Origin: an uncultured delta proteobacterium
Lineage (GTDB): Bacteria; Desulfobacterota; Desulfobacteria; Desulfobacterales; JAHEIW01
Direction: 5' to 3'
Assembly: GCA_963706575.1 (NCBI GenBank)
Contig: CAVPNL010000015.1
Coordinates: 64,001 to 128,000, forward strand
Length of the DNA stretch: 64,000 bases
Made by a program: the position numbers and the translations under genes. Below the pieces are notes generated by a model. It was not told where the DNA came from and did not search any database. It worked only from the letters and a program-made list of their open reading frames with translations. This document shows, in pieces, positions 39,438-50,084 of the stretch (the first letter of the stretch is position 1; each line of letters starts with the position of its first letter).

Positions 39438-40745
39438 GTGATGAATCAGCAAGGCTCTCGTAAACGCTGGCGGCATTTGGTCATTGGCAACAGTGCGGCA
39501 GCCCTGAACGCGGTTAAAGCCATACGCGAAAACAATTCCACTGACCACATCACATTGGTTTCGGCCGAGAGTCATTATGCCTATTCACCGGTTCTGCTAC
39601 CCTACTATGTTTCCAAAAAAATCAAAAGATCAGCCCTGTTTCTGGCGGATGAAAGCTTTTATCAACAAAATGGGGTTGAGCTGATCCTTGGCAATCCGGC
39701 CACCCGGGTCGATCCGAAAAACCGGCAAGTGGCCCTCGCCAATGACGATGTTTTGGAATACGACAATTTGCTGATTGCAACGGGATCTTCTCCCAAACCG
39801 CTGGGCATACCGGGCGAAGAACTGGCGGGCGTATTCACCTTAAAAACCGTTGACGATGCCGATAAACTGGTCAAGGCCGCCGCTGGGATGGCGGACATTG
39901 TCATCATCGGGGGAGGTTTGATCGGTTTGCAGGCGGCAAACGCCTTATACGCGGCGGGCCGCAATATCAGGATTGTTATCGGCTCCAGACAACCGCTTTC
40001 GCGCAACGTGGACCCTTCCTGTGCTGAAAATGTCTGCCAGGGTATCCGCGAATGCGGGATGTCCATTTTATTTGAAACCCACGCCGTCTCCATTGGAAAA
40101 GCAAAAAACAAATTGAACGTCGAGTTGAGTTCAAATAATACACTCGAGGCCGACGCCGTTATTATCGGAAAGGGCGTCAGCGCCAATACGCAGCTCGTTG
40201 CCGAAAGTGAAATTGAAGTCAACTACGGCATCCTCGTTGATGAAACCATGCGCACCAATGTGCCGAATGTTTTTGCCGCCGGCGATGTCGCCGAGGGGTT
40301 AAATTTAATTACCGGGCAAAGACAGGTGATTGCCACCTGGCCGAATGCCTGTTCACAGGGCCGAACCGCCGGGATCAACATGGCGGGCGGTGTGGACAAA
40401 AACGAGGGCCTCAGCAGCAACATCTGCGGTTTTTTAGGAAGTACGGTTGCATCGGTGGGAATTACGAATCCTGAAAATGGTGATTTTGAAGAGGTGGTCT
40501 TCCAAGATCCGGCCAAAGGGCGGTATCGAAAACTGGTCTGGAATAAAAACGACGAACTGGTGGGTGCCGTCTTAATGGGCAAGGTCGCAGATATCGGGGT
40601 TATCACTAGCCTAATCAGGAACCGGGTCAAGGTCCCCAGAGAAAAGCGGGATCAAATGGCTCGATCGACCATAAAATATGGGGATTACTTCTCACAAAAG
40701 ACTGGTCGCTTGAATATCGCGGCAAGATGCCGCTCCCACAATTGA
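39438..40745 (+). CDS. FAD/NAD(P)-dependent oxidoreductase (AorC/NirB-N-like)
   Basis: IGNSAAA, YSPVLL, LLIATGS, GGGLIG and TNVPNVFAAGDVAE. Confidence 0.85.
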   Translation: MMNQQGSRKRWRHLVIGNSAAALNAVKAIRENNSTDHITLVSAESHYAYSPVLLPYYVSKKIKRSALFLADESFYQQNGVELILGNPATRVDPKNRQVALANDDVLEYDNLLIATGSSPKPLGIPGEELAGVFTLKTVDDADKLVKAAAGMADIVIIGGGLIGLQAANALYAAGRNIRIVIGSRQPLSRNVDPSCAENVCQGIRECGMSILFETHAVSIGKAKNKLNVELSSNNTLEADAVIIGKGVSANTQLVAESEIEVNYGILVDETMRTNVPNVFAAGDVAEGLNLITGQRQVIATWPNACSQGRTAGINMAGGVDKNEGLSSNICGFLGSTVASVGITNPENGDFEEVVFQDPAKGRYRKLVWNKNDELVGAVLMGKVADIGVITSLIRNRVKVPREKRDQMARSTIKYGDYFSQKTGRLNIAARCRSHN

Positions 40746-40835
40746 CAAGGCGATGTGTGGATCCCGCTAAACGGGAGAATAATTGCCGTGATCTACCATC
40801 TTTGAGATGGGTCTAATAAAAATGGGAAGTTTGAG

Positions 40836-41084
40836 ATGATCTCGATAACGGTTAAAATCCACCACGGCTTCAAAAAATTATTGCCGGCCGGTATGAAGAC
40901 GGGCGACCCTTTTGATATTTCCCTTGAGGACAATACGGCCGTCGGGGATTTGCTGCGGGACAAAATCAAACTTCCAGTGGATATGCCAAAATTAATTTTA
41001 ATAAATGGCCTGCACAGCAAAGAAAAGCAAGCTCTGAAAGATGGAGATAAAGTCAGTTTATTCATGCCGATGGCGGGGGGCTGA
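40836..41084 (+). CDS. MoaD/ThiS family sulfur carrier
   Basis: 82 aa; LING...LKDGD.V; C-terminal GG. Confidence 0.9.
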   Translation: MISITVKIHHGFKKLLPAGMKTGDPFDISLEDNTAVGDLLRDKIKLPVDMPKLILINGLHSKEKQALKDGDKVSLFMPMAGG

Positions 41085-41187
41085 GTGCAGATTTGTTCTC
41101 GGAACAACACCAGTCAGCTGTAGGCACGAATCGTAATAATCTCAACCTCGTATTAATTTTCATGCATATTTTAGAGTTAATTTTAGA

Positions 41188-41449
41188 TAGAAGTGGTTTC
41201 AAAACCTCAGATCAGGTTTCCCGCTTTAACGCGGGATTGCACATCTTTTTAAGCAAATTAAGGTGTGCATCAAGGCAAGGCGTCACGCGAATTGAAAGTC
41301 GTGTGTCCGAGCGTACACGTTAGTACGTGAGTATTTTAATTCGTGGGACAACGCAGCCATTGGACCTTTTGAGCCCCTTAACTAATCTTTCAATTAGATG
41401 CGAAATCCCGCTTCATTAAGCGGGGAGATGGGGTTTTGAAGCCGCTTCT
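41188..41449. mobile_element. MITE family A copy 4 (inverted, divergent)
   Basis: TAGAAGTGGTTTCAAAACCTCAGATCAGG ... GATGGGGTTTTGAAGCCGCTTCT. Confidence 0.75.
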
Positions 41450-41468
41450 TAAAGAAAGGAGTGTAACT

Positions 41469-41948
41469 ATGTCCAAGGCCCTTATCGTCAATCTGGATAA
41501 ATGCACGGGCTGCAGATATTGCGAATTGGCCTGCTCGTTCGCACATCACGGGGAATACAATCCCGCCAAATCCAATATTCAGGTCAGTGTTTTTACCGAA
41601 GATGCCTTCTATGTCCCCATGGTCTGTACCCAGTGCGACCGACCCTTCTGTGGTGAAGTTTGTCCAACCGGAGCCATCTCTGCCGATGAAGTCAACGGCG
41701 CTTATGTTGTCCTGGTGGATCCGGAAAAGTGTGTCGGGTGCAAGATGTGCACCATGGCCTGTCCGTTTGGCGCGATTACCTACCAGAGTTCGGGGAAGGT
41801 ACAAAAATGTGATTTGTGCGGCGGCAAACCCGAATGTGTGGCGTTTTGCGTCCCCAATGCGCTGGAATTTAAGGACCCGGAATTAACAAATGTCCGTAAA
41901 TCCAGGGCATACGCCAAAAAAATCTACCATCAGAAGGAGGAAGACTAA
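41469..41948 (+). CDS. 4x[4Fe-4S] subunit (AorA-like)
   Basis: CTGCRYCELAC, CTQC....CGEVCP, CVGCKMCTMACPFG and KCDLC. Confidence 0.92.
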   Translation: MSKALIVNLDKCTGCRYCELACSFAHHGEYNPAKSNIQVSVFTEDAFYVPMVCTQCDRPFCGEVCPTGAISADEVNGAYVVLVDPEKCVGCKMCTMACPFGAITYQSSGKVQKCDLCGGKPECVAFCVPNALEFKDPELTNVRKSRAYAKKIYHQKEED

Positions 41949-43789
41949 TGAATGCATGGGTGGGTAAGATTTTAAGAGTCAATTTAACGAAGGGGGCTAC
42001 ATCGGTTGAGGAACTAAACGAGGAATTTGCCCGTGATTATATCGGCGGACGGGGCTTGGGTGTCAAATACCTTTACGATGAGATCGATCCCAAAGTCGAT
42101 CCGTTGGATCCCGGTAATAAGCTCATCATGGTGACCGGCCCAATGACCGGCACGGGTGCCCTGGCGGGTGGCCGCTATACCGCTGTCACGAAATCCCCTT
42201 TAACCGGAGCGATAGCCAATTCGAATTCAGGAGGATATTTTGGTGCTGAATTGAAATATGCGGGTTACGACATGATCATATTGGAGGGCAAGGCCAAAAC
42301 GCCGGTTTATCTGTGGATCGAAAATGACAGCATCGAAATTCGCAAGGCCAAGCATCTCTGGGGCATGGAAACGCAGCAGACAACCGAAACAATTCTATCC
42401 GAAACGGATGTGGAAGCCAAAGTGGCCTGTATCGGACCGGCGGGTGAAAATCTGGTTAAATTTGCATGCATTATGAACGATAACGGCAGGGCCGCCGGAC
42501 GATCGGGTGTCGGAGCTGTGATGGGATCCAAGAATCTCAAAGCCGTGGCGGTCAGAGGGACCCAGGGCGTTACGGTGGCCGACCCTGAAGGTTTCAGAGC
42601 CGCCGTATTGGATGCCATCAAAGAGTTTCATGATCCGTATATGTCAGAAGTTCTGGCACAGTACGGCACTTCGGATGTGGTCGAGTTTTCAAACGAGGTT
42701 GGTCTGCTTCCCACCCGCAATTATCAGACCGGCGTATTTGAGGGGGCATCGAAGATCGGCGGTACGGTGATTGCGAAATACAATCTCAGAGGTGCCGCCA
42801 AAACCAAGGCCTGCTTCGGGTGCCCCCTGGCCTGCGGCCGGGTGACCCGTGTCGCGGATGGAGAATTTAAAGGCGCGGGCGAAGGGCCGGAATATGAAAC
42901 ATTGGGCGCCTTCGGCTCTGCCTGCGGGGTCGACAACCCCGAAGCCGTCATCAAAGCCAATTATATTTGCAACCGCATGGGCATGGATACAATTTCGACC
43001 GGTGTTACGATTGCCTGCGCTATGGAACTTTTTGAAAAGGGTTATTTACCTGAGAAAAAGGTGGGGCGCAAACTGGCTTTCGGTGATGGCCAGGCGGTGG
43101 TTGAATTAGTCGAAAAGGCCGCCCGGCGGGAGGGTTTTGGCAATGAGATCGCCGAAGGATCCTATCGGCTGGCAACAAAGTATGGCCATCCCGAGTTATC
43201 CATGTCCGCCAAGAAGCTGGAATTTCCCAGTTATGACCCCAGAGGCGGGCAGGGTTTTGCCCTGGCATATGCGACCTCAAACCGGGGCGGGTGTCACATC
43301 CGCAACGAAGTTCATTGTGTCGAATTTTTTGGCATCTCGCTGATGGGTATTGTCAAAACAGGTGATAATTTAGATCGCTTTAGCACCAAAGGCAAACCGG
43401 CGGTTGCCAAAAAGATTCAGGATTTTTATACGATGATCGACTCATCCGGAATCTGCAATTTTATCATCATTGGTTCACCGGATGCCAATGTCTTTATCAA
43501 TCTCATGGAAAAAGGGACAGGCTTAGATTTCGGCGGATTGAACGGTTTTCTGAAAACGGGCGAACGGATCTATAATATCGAAAGGCTTTTTAATCTCAAG
43601 GCCGGCCTGACGGCTAAAGATGACACCTTACCGAAGCGTATGTTAACAGAACCGATGCCCGAAGGTCCCGGCAAAGGCGAGGTGGTTCATTTAAGTGAGA
43701 TGCTGCCGGAGTATTACAAGCTTCGGGGGTGGACCGTAAAGGGGGTCCCCTCTGCAAAGAAGCTGGCGGAACTCGGAATCGCTACTTAA
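41948..43789 (+). CDS. aor: Tungsten aldehyde:ferredoxin oxidoreductase, canonical (AorB-like)
   Basis: KSPLTG, AAGRSGVG, CFGCPLAC, EGPEYET, GMDTIS, YDPRG and TSNRGGCH. Confidence 0.93.
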   Translation: MNAWVGKILRVNLTKGATSVEELNEEFARDYIGGRGLGVKYLYDEIDPKVDPLDPGNKLIMVTGPMTGTGALAGGRYTAVTKSPLTGAIANSNSGGYFGAELKYAGYDMIILEGKAKTPVYLWIENDSIEIRKAKHLWGMETQQTTETILSETDVEAKVACIGPAGENLVKFACIMNDNGRAAGRSGVGAVMGSKNLKAVAVRGTQGVTVADPEGFRAAVLDAIKEFHDPYMSEVLAQYGTSDVVEFSNEVGLLPTRNYQTGVFEGASKIGGTVIAKYNLRGAAKTKACFGCPLACGRVTRVADGEFKGAGEGPEYETLGAFGSACGVDNPEAVIKANYICNRMGMDTISTGVTIACAMELFEKGYLPEKKVGRKLAFGDGQAVVELVEKAARREGFGNEIAEGSYRLATKYGHPELSMSAKKLEFPSYDPRGGQGFALAYATSNRGGCHIRNEVHCVEFFGISLMGIVKTGDNLDRFSTKGKPAVAKKIQDFYTMIDSSGICNFIIIGSPDANVFINLMEKGTGLDFGGLNGFLKTGERIYNIERLFNLKAGLTAKDDTLPKRMLTEPMPEGPGKGEVVHLSEMLPEYYKLRGWTVKGVPSAKKLAELGIAT

Positions 43790-44041
43790 ACTGAGAACGG
43801 CGAATCACGAAGACGGCATCCGCTGCAATCCCGCCGAAGATAAGGATTTAACTTACAAAGCGTCGACATAGAGGAAAACTGAAAGAAAGGAGGTGAAAAA
43901 GGACTCGCGATCGAGGGGACAGGTATTCAGGGATACTTTCAAATGGATAAATACTGACTTTAGGGGACCGCTGACCGATTATTCATTTGATTGTAAATTC
44001 TATACTTTCAATAAGAAACACCTAAAAAGGAGTACAAACCG

Positions 44042-45280
44042 ATGAAAACTAAACGTTTTTTTATAATTGCTGGTTTAATGGTTTCAATTTTATTCAGCCT
44101 CCAGGCAATGGCGGCGGAACCGATTAAAGTGGGCGCACCCAATCCGCTTACTGGGGCCTACGCTTCTGACGGCAATGTGATGTTGAACGCGACGGAAATG
44201 GCCGTGGCCGATATTAATGCCAAGGGCGGGCTATTGGGGCGAAAACTCGAAGTTGTCTCTTTTGATGTCGAAGATATGCTGCCTGAAAAACTGATTTCGG
44301 CTGCAGAAGTCCTGGTCGTAAAGGAAAAAGTTGATATGGTCGTCACCGCCTGCAATGCCATGGGTCCGGACGTACAGGCTTTTGGCAAGTACGATGTCCC
44401 TTACATCAACAATAATGCCTCCACTGTTGCCACGGGAATGGTGAAAGATGATCCCGCTACCTATTTTAATGTCTTCCAGGCCGGTGATAACGAGCCGGCT
44501 TATGTTTCAAAAACCATCGAAACATTCATGGGCTTTGGTTACAAACTGCCCAACAAGAAGATGGCCGTGGTTTACAGTGAATACGATTGGGATAAAAAGA
44601 TCGCAGGGGCCTTAAAAGAACAGGCCAAGCAATACGGTCTCGATCTGGTCATATATGAACAGACGCCCGCCGCCACCAATGCCTGGGGCCCCATCCTGAC
44701 AAAAATTCGGGCCCATGACCCCGCTCTGGTATTTTTGAGCATCTACGCCCCTGAAAGCATTGCCGCTTTTGCAGATCAATACCTGCAAAACCCGACGAAT
44801 TCTCTGGTGGACCTGGGCTATGCCGTCTCCATCCCCTCATTTATGGAGATTGCCAGCAAATACGCCGATGGGTTTACCGGCTATGCGGCCCTGGCAATTC
44901 CACCCGAAATGACGGCAGAAGGTCAGGCCCTGGAAGCCAGATACAAAAAAATGTTTAAAACCGATTCCATGCCATTCAGCGTTGTACCCTGTGTATATGA
45001 CGGCGTAATGGCCTGGGCGGCAGCGGTTGAAAAGGTCGGTGATGTAAAAGATTACAAAGCCGTATCGGTCACCATGAAGACCAATCGCTATAAAGGCATC
45101 GGCGGGGTATACGACTTTAATAATCCGCGCCAGGCTGCCAGAGCTGGGGACGATCTGTTACCGGTCAATCTTTTTCAAGCCCAAAACGGCAAACTCGTGC
45201 TGCGCAACCTGGGTAGTAAGACAATATCGCCATATCAGCTGCCGCCTTGGTTAAAAGAACCGTGGCCAAAGGCTCAGTAA
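44042..45280 (+). CDS. ABC substrate-binding protein (LivJ/PBP1 type)
   Basis: Signal peptide; PLTGAYA.DG and DINAKGGLLGR. Confidence 0.9.
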   Translation: MKTKRFFIIAGLMVSILFSLQAMAAEPIKVGAPNPLTGAYASDGNVMLNATEMAVADINAKGGLLGRKLEVVSFDVEDMLPEKLISAAEVLVVKEKVDMVVTACNAMGPDVQAFGKYDVPYINNNASTVATGMVKDDPATYFNVFQAGDNEPAYVSKTIETFMGFGYKLPNKKMAVVYSEYDWDKKIAGALKEQAKQYGLDLVIYEQTPAATNAWGPILTKIRAHDPALVFLSIYAPESIAAFADQYLQNPTNSLVDLGYAVSIPSFMEIASKYADGFTGYAALAIPPEMTAEGQALEARYKKMFKTDSMPFSVVPCVYDGVMAWAAAVEKVGDVKDYKAVSVTMKTNRYKGIGGVYDFNNPRQAARAGDDLLPVNLFQAQNGKLVLRNLGSKTISPYQLPPWLKEPWPKAQ

Positions 45281-46044
45281 TGGCAAGCAGCGCGAATTTT
45301 AATCCCAAAGATGGACAGATGGGGGCGCAAGCCCCCATCCTTCAAGTCCGGAATCTCTCCAAGGCCTTTGGGGCCATGATGGCCGTCAACAATTTAAGCT
45401 TTGAGATTCCCGCCGGCGAAGTATTTGGTATTGCCGGACCCAATGGCGCCGGAAAAACGACGGTCTTCAACCTGATCACCGGGTTTTTACAGGGGACCGG
45501 CGAAGTGCGCTTCGAAGATAAAAATGTGACGAATCTCAAACCGTATCAGATTTGTCACCGGGGAATCGCACGGACGCTTCAAATTCCGCAGGTCTTCACA
45601 ACCCTTGATGTGTTTAACAATGTCAGATTTGGCGCCCATTTCGGCAACAAACGGCTAACGGATGGGAATGAAGCGGAAATTATCCACCGGGCCTTAGATT
45701 TCGTTGGATTGCAGGATGACAAAACAGCAATCGCCGAGAATATGGACCTGTTTCATAAGAAGCTGATTATGATCGCAGCGGCGCTTGCGACCCAGCCACG
45801 CTTATTGTTACTCGATGAGCCCATCGGCGGTCTGAGCCCGACGGAGATCGATCCGCTCATGGAACTCATCCGCAAGATCAACCAGGAATTGAACATCACC
45901 GTCATTATTATCGAGCATTTAATGAAGGTGCTTAAAAAGCTGTCGCATCGCCTGATGATCCTGCACTACGGGGAAGAGATTCGAACCGGACCCCCGGCGG
46001 AAGTCATGGAAGATGAAAAAGTAAAAGAAGTTTATCTGGGTTAG
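45280..46044 (+). CDS. ABC ATPase (LivG-like)
   Basis: GPNGAGKTT, LLDEP, IEH and EVYLG. Confidence 0.92.
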   Translation: MASSANFNPKDGQMGAQAPILQVRNLSKAFGAMMAVNNLSFEIPAGEVFGIAGPNGAGKTTVFNLITGFLQGTGEVRFEDKNVTNLKPYQICHRGIARTLQIPQVFTTLDVFNNVRFGAHFGNKRLTDGNEAEIIHRALDFVGLQDDKTAIAENMDLFHKKLIMIAAALATQPRLLLLDEPIGGLSPTEIDPLMELIRKINQELNITVIIIEHLMKVLKKLSHRLMILHYGEEIRTGPPAEVMEDEKVKEVYLG

Positions 46045-46054
46045 GAGAACCGTT

Positions 46055-46759
46055 TTGCTCGAATTAAAGCACATCAATACCTATTACGGCCAATTTCATG
46101 CCATCAGAGACGTTTCCTTTAAAATTAATCAAGGCGATTTATTCCTGGTTGTGGGGCCCAACGGGCATGGAAAGAGCACTTTGCTGAAAACGATATGCGG
46201 CTTGCTGCGGACGGCTTCAGGTCAAATCGTTTTTAACTCGACCGAAATTACCCGATTGGCGACGGATCAAATCGTGGCGATGGGCCTGGTTTATGTGGCC
46301 GAGGAACGCCATCTCTTTCCCCAGATGACCGTTCTCGACAACTTGAAGCTCGGTGCCTATAACATGCAGGCCCGGGCCAAAGAACGCGAAACCCTCGAAT
46401 ACGTCTTTCATTTATTTCCGCGTTTAAGCGAATTTCAAAATAGATATGCAGCAACCCTGAGTGGTGGTGAAGCAAGGATGTTAACCCTGGGCCGGGGCAT
46501 CATGTCCTGTGCCAAGCTGTTGGCGATCGATGAGCCGTCCTTTGGGTTAGCCCCCATTCTCAGAAATGACGTATTTGATAAGATCAATGAGATCAATTCC
46601 AATGGGTTGACCGTTCTTCTGGTAGAGCAAAACGTTAATCAGGTAGTGGACTTCGCTGACAGAATCTGCCTGATCGAAGACGGATGTATCGTCTTCGACG
46701 GCCCCAGAGAAGAAGCCCTGCTGAACGAACATGTTAAAAATGTATTTCTAGGTGGATAA
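46055..46759 (+). CDS. ABC ATPase (LivF-like)
   Basis: GPNGHGKST, LSGGE and DEPSFGLAP. Confidence 0.92.
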   Translation: MLELKHINTYYGQFHAIRDVSFKINQGDLFLVVGPNGHGKSTLLKTICGLLRTASGQIVFNSTEITRLATDQIVAMGLVYVAEERHLFPQMTVLDNLKLGAYNMQARAKERETLEYVFHLFPRLSEFQNRYAATLSGGEARMLTLGRGIMSCAKLLAIDEPSFGLAPILRNDVFDKINEINSNGLTVLLVEQNVNQVVDFADRICLIEDGCIVFDGPREEALLNEHVKNVFLGG

Positions 46760-46764
46760 TATAA

Positions 46765-47646
46765 ATGAATATTTGGGTTCAACAGATCATTCAAGTGATT
46801 ATTAGTGGGATTGTGACGGCTTCGGCATATGCAATTATGGGTATCGGATTATCGGTCATCTATGGCATATCACGCGTATTTAATTTTGCATACGGGTCGT
46901 TTTTTACCTGGGGGGCCTATTTTGCCTGGTTTTTATTCGCCACATTTTCGTGGATGAATTATCCGCTGGTTTTTTTGATTGTGGTGCCCGGTATGTTTTT
47001 TCTAGGAATGGGTACCGAACGCGTCGTGGTCCGGTCCCTGCGCTGGCGCAAAAACTGGCAGGTGACTACCATGATGGTTACGCTGGGGCTGGCTTTTTTT
47101 ATGGACAATCTGGCGATGGTCGTTTTCGGCGGATTTGCCAAACCGCTGCCCCCTCTTTTTCGCGGCGCCATAAACCCTTTTGGTTTCACCTTAAGCGTGC
47201 AGGATTTGGCCATGCTGATTATCGCCATATTGGTGATCGTCGTCTTTGGCTTATTTCTGTCCAGAACCCGGGTGGGAAGATGCATGCAAGCCATCTCTCA
47301 GGATATGACCGGAGCCGAAATCGTCGGAATTCCGATAAAAAAAATATTCAGCTACACCTTCGGATTATCAACCGCGCTGGTGGGAACCGGTGGCATTCTG
47401 CTGGCACCGAGGTATTTCATTACCCCCCACGGCGGCTGGGCACCTTTTTTTCGGGTTTTTGTTATCGTTGCTTTCGGCGGCCTGGGTAGCATTCGGGGAA
47501 CCCTCTATGCGGCATTTATCCTGGCTATTTTTGAGTCCTTTATTTCCTGGGGGCTGGGCGCCACCTGGGTAATGCCTTTCTGGTTTTTGGTCTTCTTGGG
47601 GGTGCTGGCATTTCGACCTTCAGGATTAATGGGAACGTGGGGTTAA
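46765..47646 (+). CDS. ABC permease (LivH-like)
   Basis: GLSVIYG...FNFAYG, GGLGS and RPSGL. Confidence 0.9.
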   Translation: MNIWVQQIIQVIISGIVTASAYAIMGIGLSVIYGISRVFNFAYGSFFTWGAYFAWFLFATFSWMNYPLVFLIVVPGMFFLGMGTERVVVRSLRWRKNWQVTTMMVTLGLAFFMDNLAMVVFGGFAKPLPPLFRGAINPFGFTLSVQDLAMLIIAILVIVVFGLFLSRTRVGRCMQAISQDMTGAEIVGIPIKKIFSYTFGLSTALVGTGGILLAPRYFITPHGGWAPFFRVFVIVAFGGLGSIRGTLYAAFILAIFESFISWGLGATWVMPFWFLVFLGVLAFRPSGLMGTWG

Positions 47647-47651
47647 GGGGA

Positions 47652-48665
47652 ATGATGAAAATACAAATGCGACAAGAACTGGTCGTCTTTTTGGCCATGT
47701 ACCTCATTTTGCTTTTTTTGCCTGTGTTTCTATACAAGGATGCATATGTCATTGGGATTCTCATCACCTGTATGATCTGGGGGGCGATGGCATCGGTTTG
47801 GAATTTTACCATGGGGTATGCCGGTATCTTCACCTTCGGTCAGTTTGGTTTTTTCGTTGTGGCCGCGTATACCTCCGGCATGGTGACCAAATACCTGGGA
47901 ATATCTCCCTGGCTGGGCATTTTGATAGGTGGATTGATGGCCGCGCTGGTGGGTGTCCTCATCGGCCTGCCGTGTATGAAATTAAAAGGAGCCTACATCG
48001 CTTTAATTACCTTTGCACTGCACCTGGTTGTGGCGCCGATGATAAAAGTGGCCGACCCGCTGGGCACCGGCGGCAGCACCGGCCTGATGTCCATTCCAAG
48101 TTTAAATCTGGGCGCATATACGTTTTCGCGTACCGATCTTATTCCGTGGTATTATACCGCTCTGGTAATATCCTTTTTGGTCCTTTTTGTTGTTTATAAA
48201 ATCATTTTTTCCTCGGTTGGTTTAGGATTTATCGGTCTGCGTGATTCCGAGGACTTTGCCAAAACCCTGGGGATAAATGAATATAAGTACAAACTGCTGG
48301 TATTTGGCCTTTCGGCTTTTTTAACCGGAATCATGGGAGGGTTTTATGCGCATTATGCCGGCATCATATCTCCCCGATTGTTGGGTCTTGATATCTTTCT
48401 TTTGGTGATGCTCATGCTGATTATCGGGGGCATGGGGATATTTCCAGGCGCCTTTTTAGGCGGGTTTATTATTCTTTTCTTAAATGAGTTTTTACGTCCG
48501 TTGGCGGCCTATCGTTTCCTGATTTTTGGTGCGATTGTGATTGTGGCAATTAAACTGATGCCGGAAGGGATTCTGGGCCATCTCAACATTTTCAAGAACC
48601 GAATGGGAAAGCGTTTGCTGGGCAGACCTGCTGAAGCGGAATCGACCAGAGGCCAAAATGTTTAA
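47652..48665 (+). CDS. ABC permease (LivM-like)
   Basis: WNFTMGYAG, LKGAY.AL.T, GG.G and PEGI. Confidence 0.9.
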   Translation: MMKIQMRQELVVFLAMYLILLFLPVFLYKDAYVIGILITCMIWGAMASVWNFTMGYAGIFTFGQFGFFVVAAYTSGMVTKYLGISPWLGILIGGLMAALVGVLIGLPCMKLKGAYIALITFALHLVVAPMIKVADPLGTGGSTGLMSIPSLNLGAYTFSRTDLIPWYYTALVISFLVLFVVYKIIFSSVGLGFIGLRDSEDFAKTLGINEYKYKLLVFGLSAFLTGIMGGFYAHYAGIISPRLLGLDIFLLVMLMLIIGGMGIFPGAFLGGFIILFLNEFLRPLAAYRFLIFGAIVIVAIKLMPEGILGHLNIFKNRMGKRLLGRPAEAESTRGQNV

Positions 48666-48794
48666 ACGATGGCGCCCTACCCTCCGCCTCTGGTGATGGC
48701 GAACAGGAGTTTAGGACCAGGGTGAATCATGGCGCAAAGAAAAGTTTAAGCAGTATTTCAACCTTTAAAACATTTGCAGAACAGGAGAAAATTT

Positions 48795-50057
48795 ATGAGC
48801 TCTAAAGCAAAGAATGAAATTTTAAGTGAACAGCGAAACCGATTTATATCTGAAGGCGTGGCCAGTGTAACGCCCCTGTATGTCGAATCCGCCAAAGGGG
48901 CGATTATCAAGGATGTCGACGGCAGAGAATACATCGATTTCGCGGGTGGCATTGCGGTCATGAACATCGGGCACAGTCATCCCAAGGTGGTCGCGGCCAT
49001 AAAGGATCAGGCCGAAAAATTCACGCATACCTGCTTTATGGTCAATCCATATGAATCGCCGGTAGCGCTGGCAGAAAAGCTCTGTCTGCTGACGCCGGGC
49101 GATTTTGCCAAAAAGGCGATTTTCCTGAACTGTGGTGCCGAAGCAGTTGAAAATGCGGTTAAGATTGCCCGTTATTATACCAAAAGACCCGCCATTATCG
49201 TTTTTGAAAACGCCTATCACGGCCGCACCCTTCTGACCATGACGATGACGAGCAAAGTCAAGCCCTATAAATTCGGATTTGGCCCCTTTGCACCCGAGGT
49301 GTACCGCATGCCTTTCGGCGATGAAGTGGGACCCGAAAAACTCCATGATTTTTTTGTTAAACATGTCAATCCTGAAGCGGTGGCAGCTGTTGTTGCTGAA
49401 CCGGTTCAGGGTGAAGGGGGCTTCATTGCGCCACCGCCCGGCTATTTTCAGGAGTTAGCCAAGATCTGCAAAGACAATGGCATTCTTTTCGTGGCGGATG
49501 AAATTCAGAGCGGTATGGGGCGTACCGGAAAAATGTGGGCCATTGAGCACTGGGATGTCGAGCCGGACCTGATTACGGTCGCAAAAAGCCTGGCTGCCGG
49601 CATGCCGCTGGCTGCCGTCATCGGCAAACAGGAGATCATGGACGCCGTCCATCCCTGGGGGTTGGGCGGAACTTACGGCGGAAACCCGGTGGCATGTCGT
49701 GCCGCACTGGCGGTGCTGGAAGTTTTCGAGGAAGAAGGCCTGGTTGAAAAGGCAGCGGTGCTGGGGCAAAAACTGAAAGCGCGCTTTGAAAAGTGGCAGG
49801 AGCAATTCGCGATAATCGGAGAAATCAGAGGCCTGGGTGCCATGCTGGGTCTGGAGTTGATCAAGGGCGACAATCAGCAACCCGCCGCGGATGAAGCCAA
49901 ACAACTGGTGAATTTCTGCTATGAAAAAGGGCTGGTGATCCTGGCCTGCGGCAGCTACGGTAACATTATTCGGATTCTGGCACCGTTTGTGATTACGGAT
50001 GAACAATTGGAGCAGGGTCTTGCCATTATGGAGGAAGGGCTTTCGGCCCTCTCGTAA
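48795..50057 (+). CDS. gabT: 4-aminobutyrate/5-aminovalerate aminotransferase-like class-III enzyme
   Basis: DFAGGIAV, GAEAVENAVKIAR, YHGRT, EPVQGEGG, DEIQSG.GRTG, AKS and GGTYGGNP. Confidence 0.88.
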   Translation: MSSKAKNEILSEQRNRFISEGVASVTPLYVESAKGAIIKDVDGREYIDFAGGIAVMNIGHSHPKVVAAIKDQAEKFTHTCFMVNPYESPVALAEKLCLLTPGDFAKKAIFLNCGAEAVENAVKIARYYTKRPAIIVFENAYHGRTLLTMTMTSKVKPYKFGFGPFAPEVYRMPFGDEVGPEKLHDFFVKHVNPEAVAAVVAEPVQGEGGFIAPPPGYFQELAKICKDNGILFVADEIQSGMGRTGKMWAIEHWDVEPDLITVAKSLAAGMPLAAVIGKQEIMDAVHPWGLGGTYGGNPVACRAALAVLEVFEEEGLVEKAAVLGQKLKARFEKWQEQFAIIGEIRGLGAMLGLELIKGDNQQPAADEAKQLVNFCYEKGLVILACGSYGNIIRILAPFVITDEQLEQGLAIMEEGLSALS

Positions 50058-50084
50058 CCAACAAATAAGAGGAGGAATGATATC

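Noticed and set aside
40836..41084. Selenocysteine read-through at TGA stops
   Set aside because: The TGA follows the functional C-terminal GG of MoaD; no other TGA that I examined interrupts a recognisable domain.
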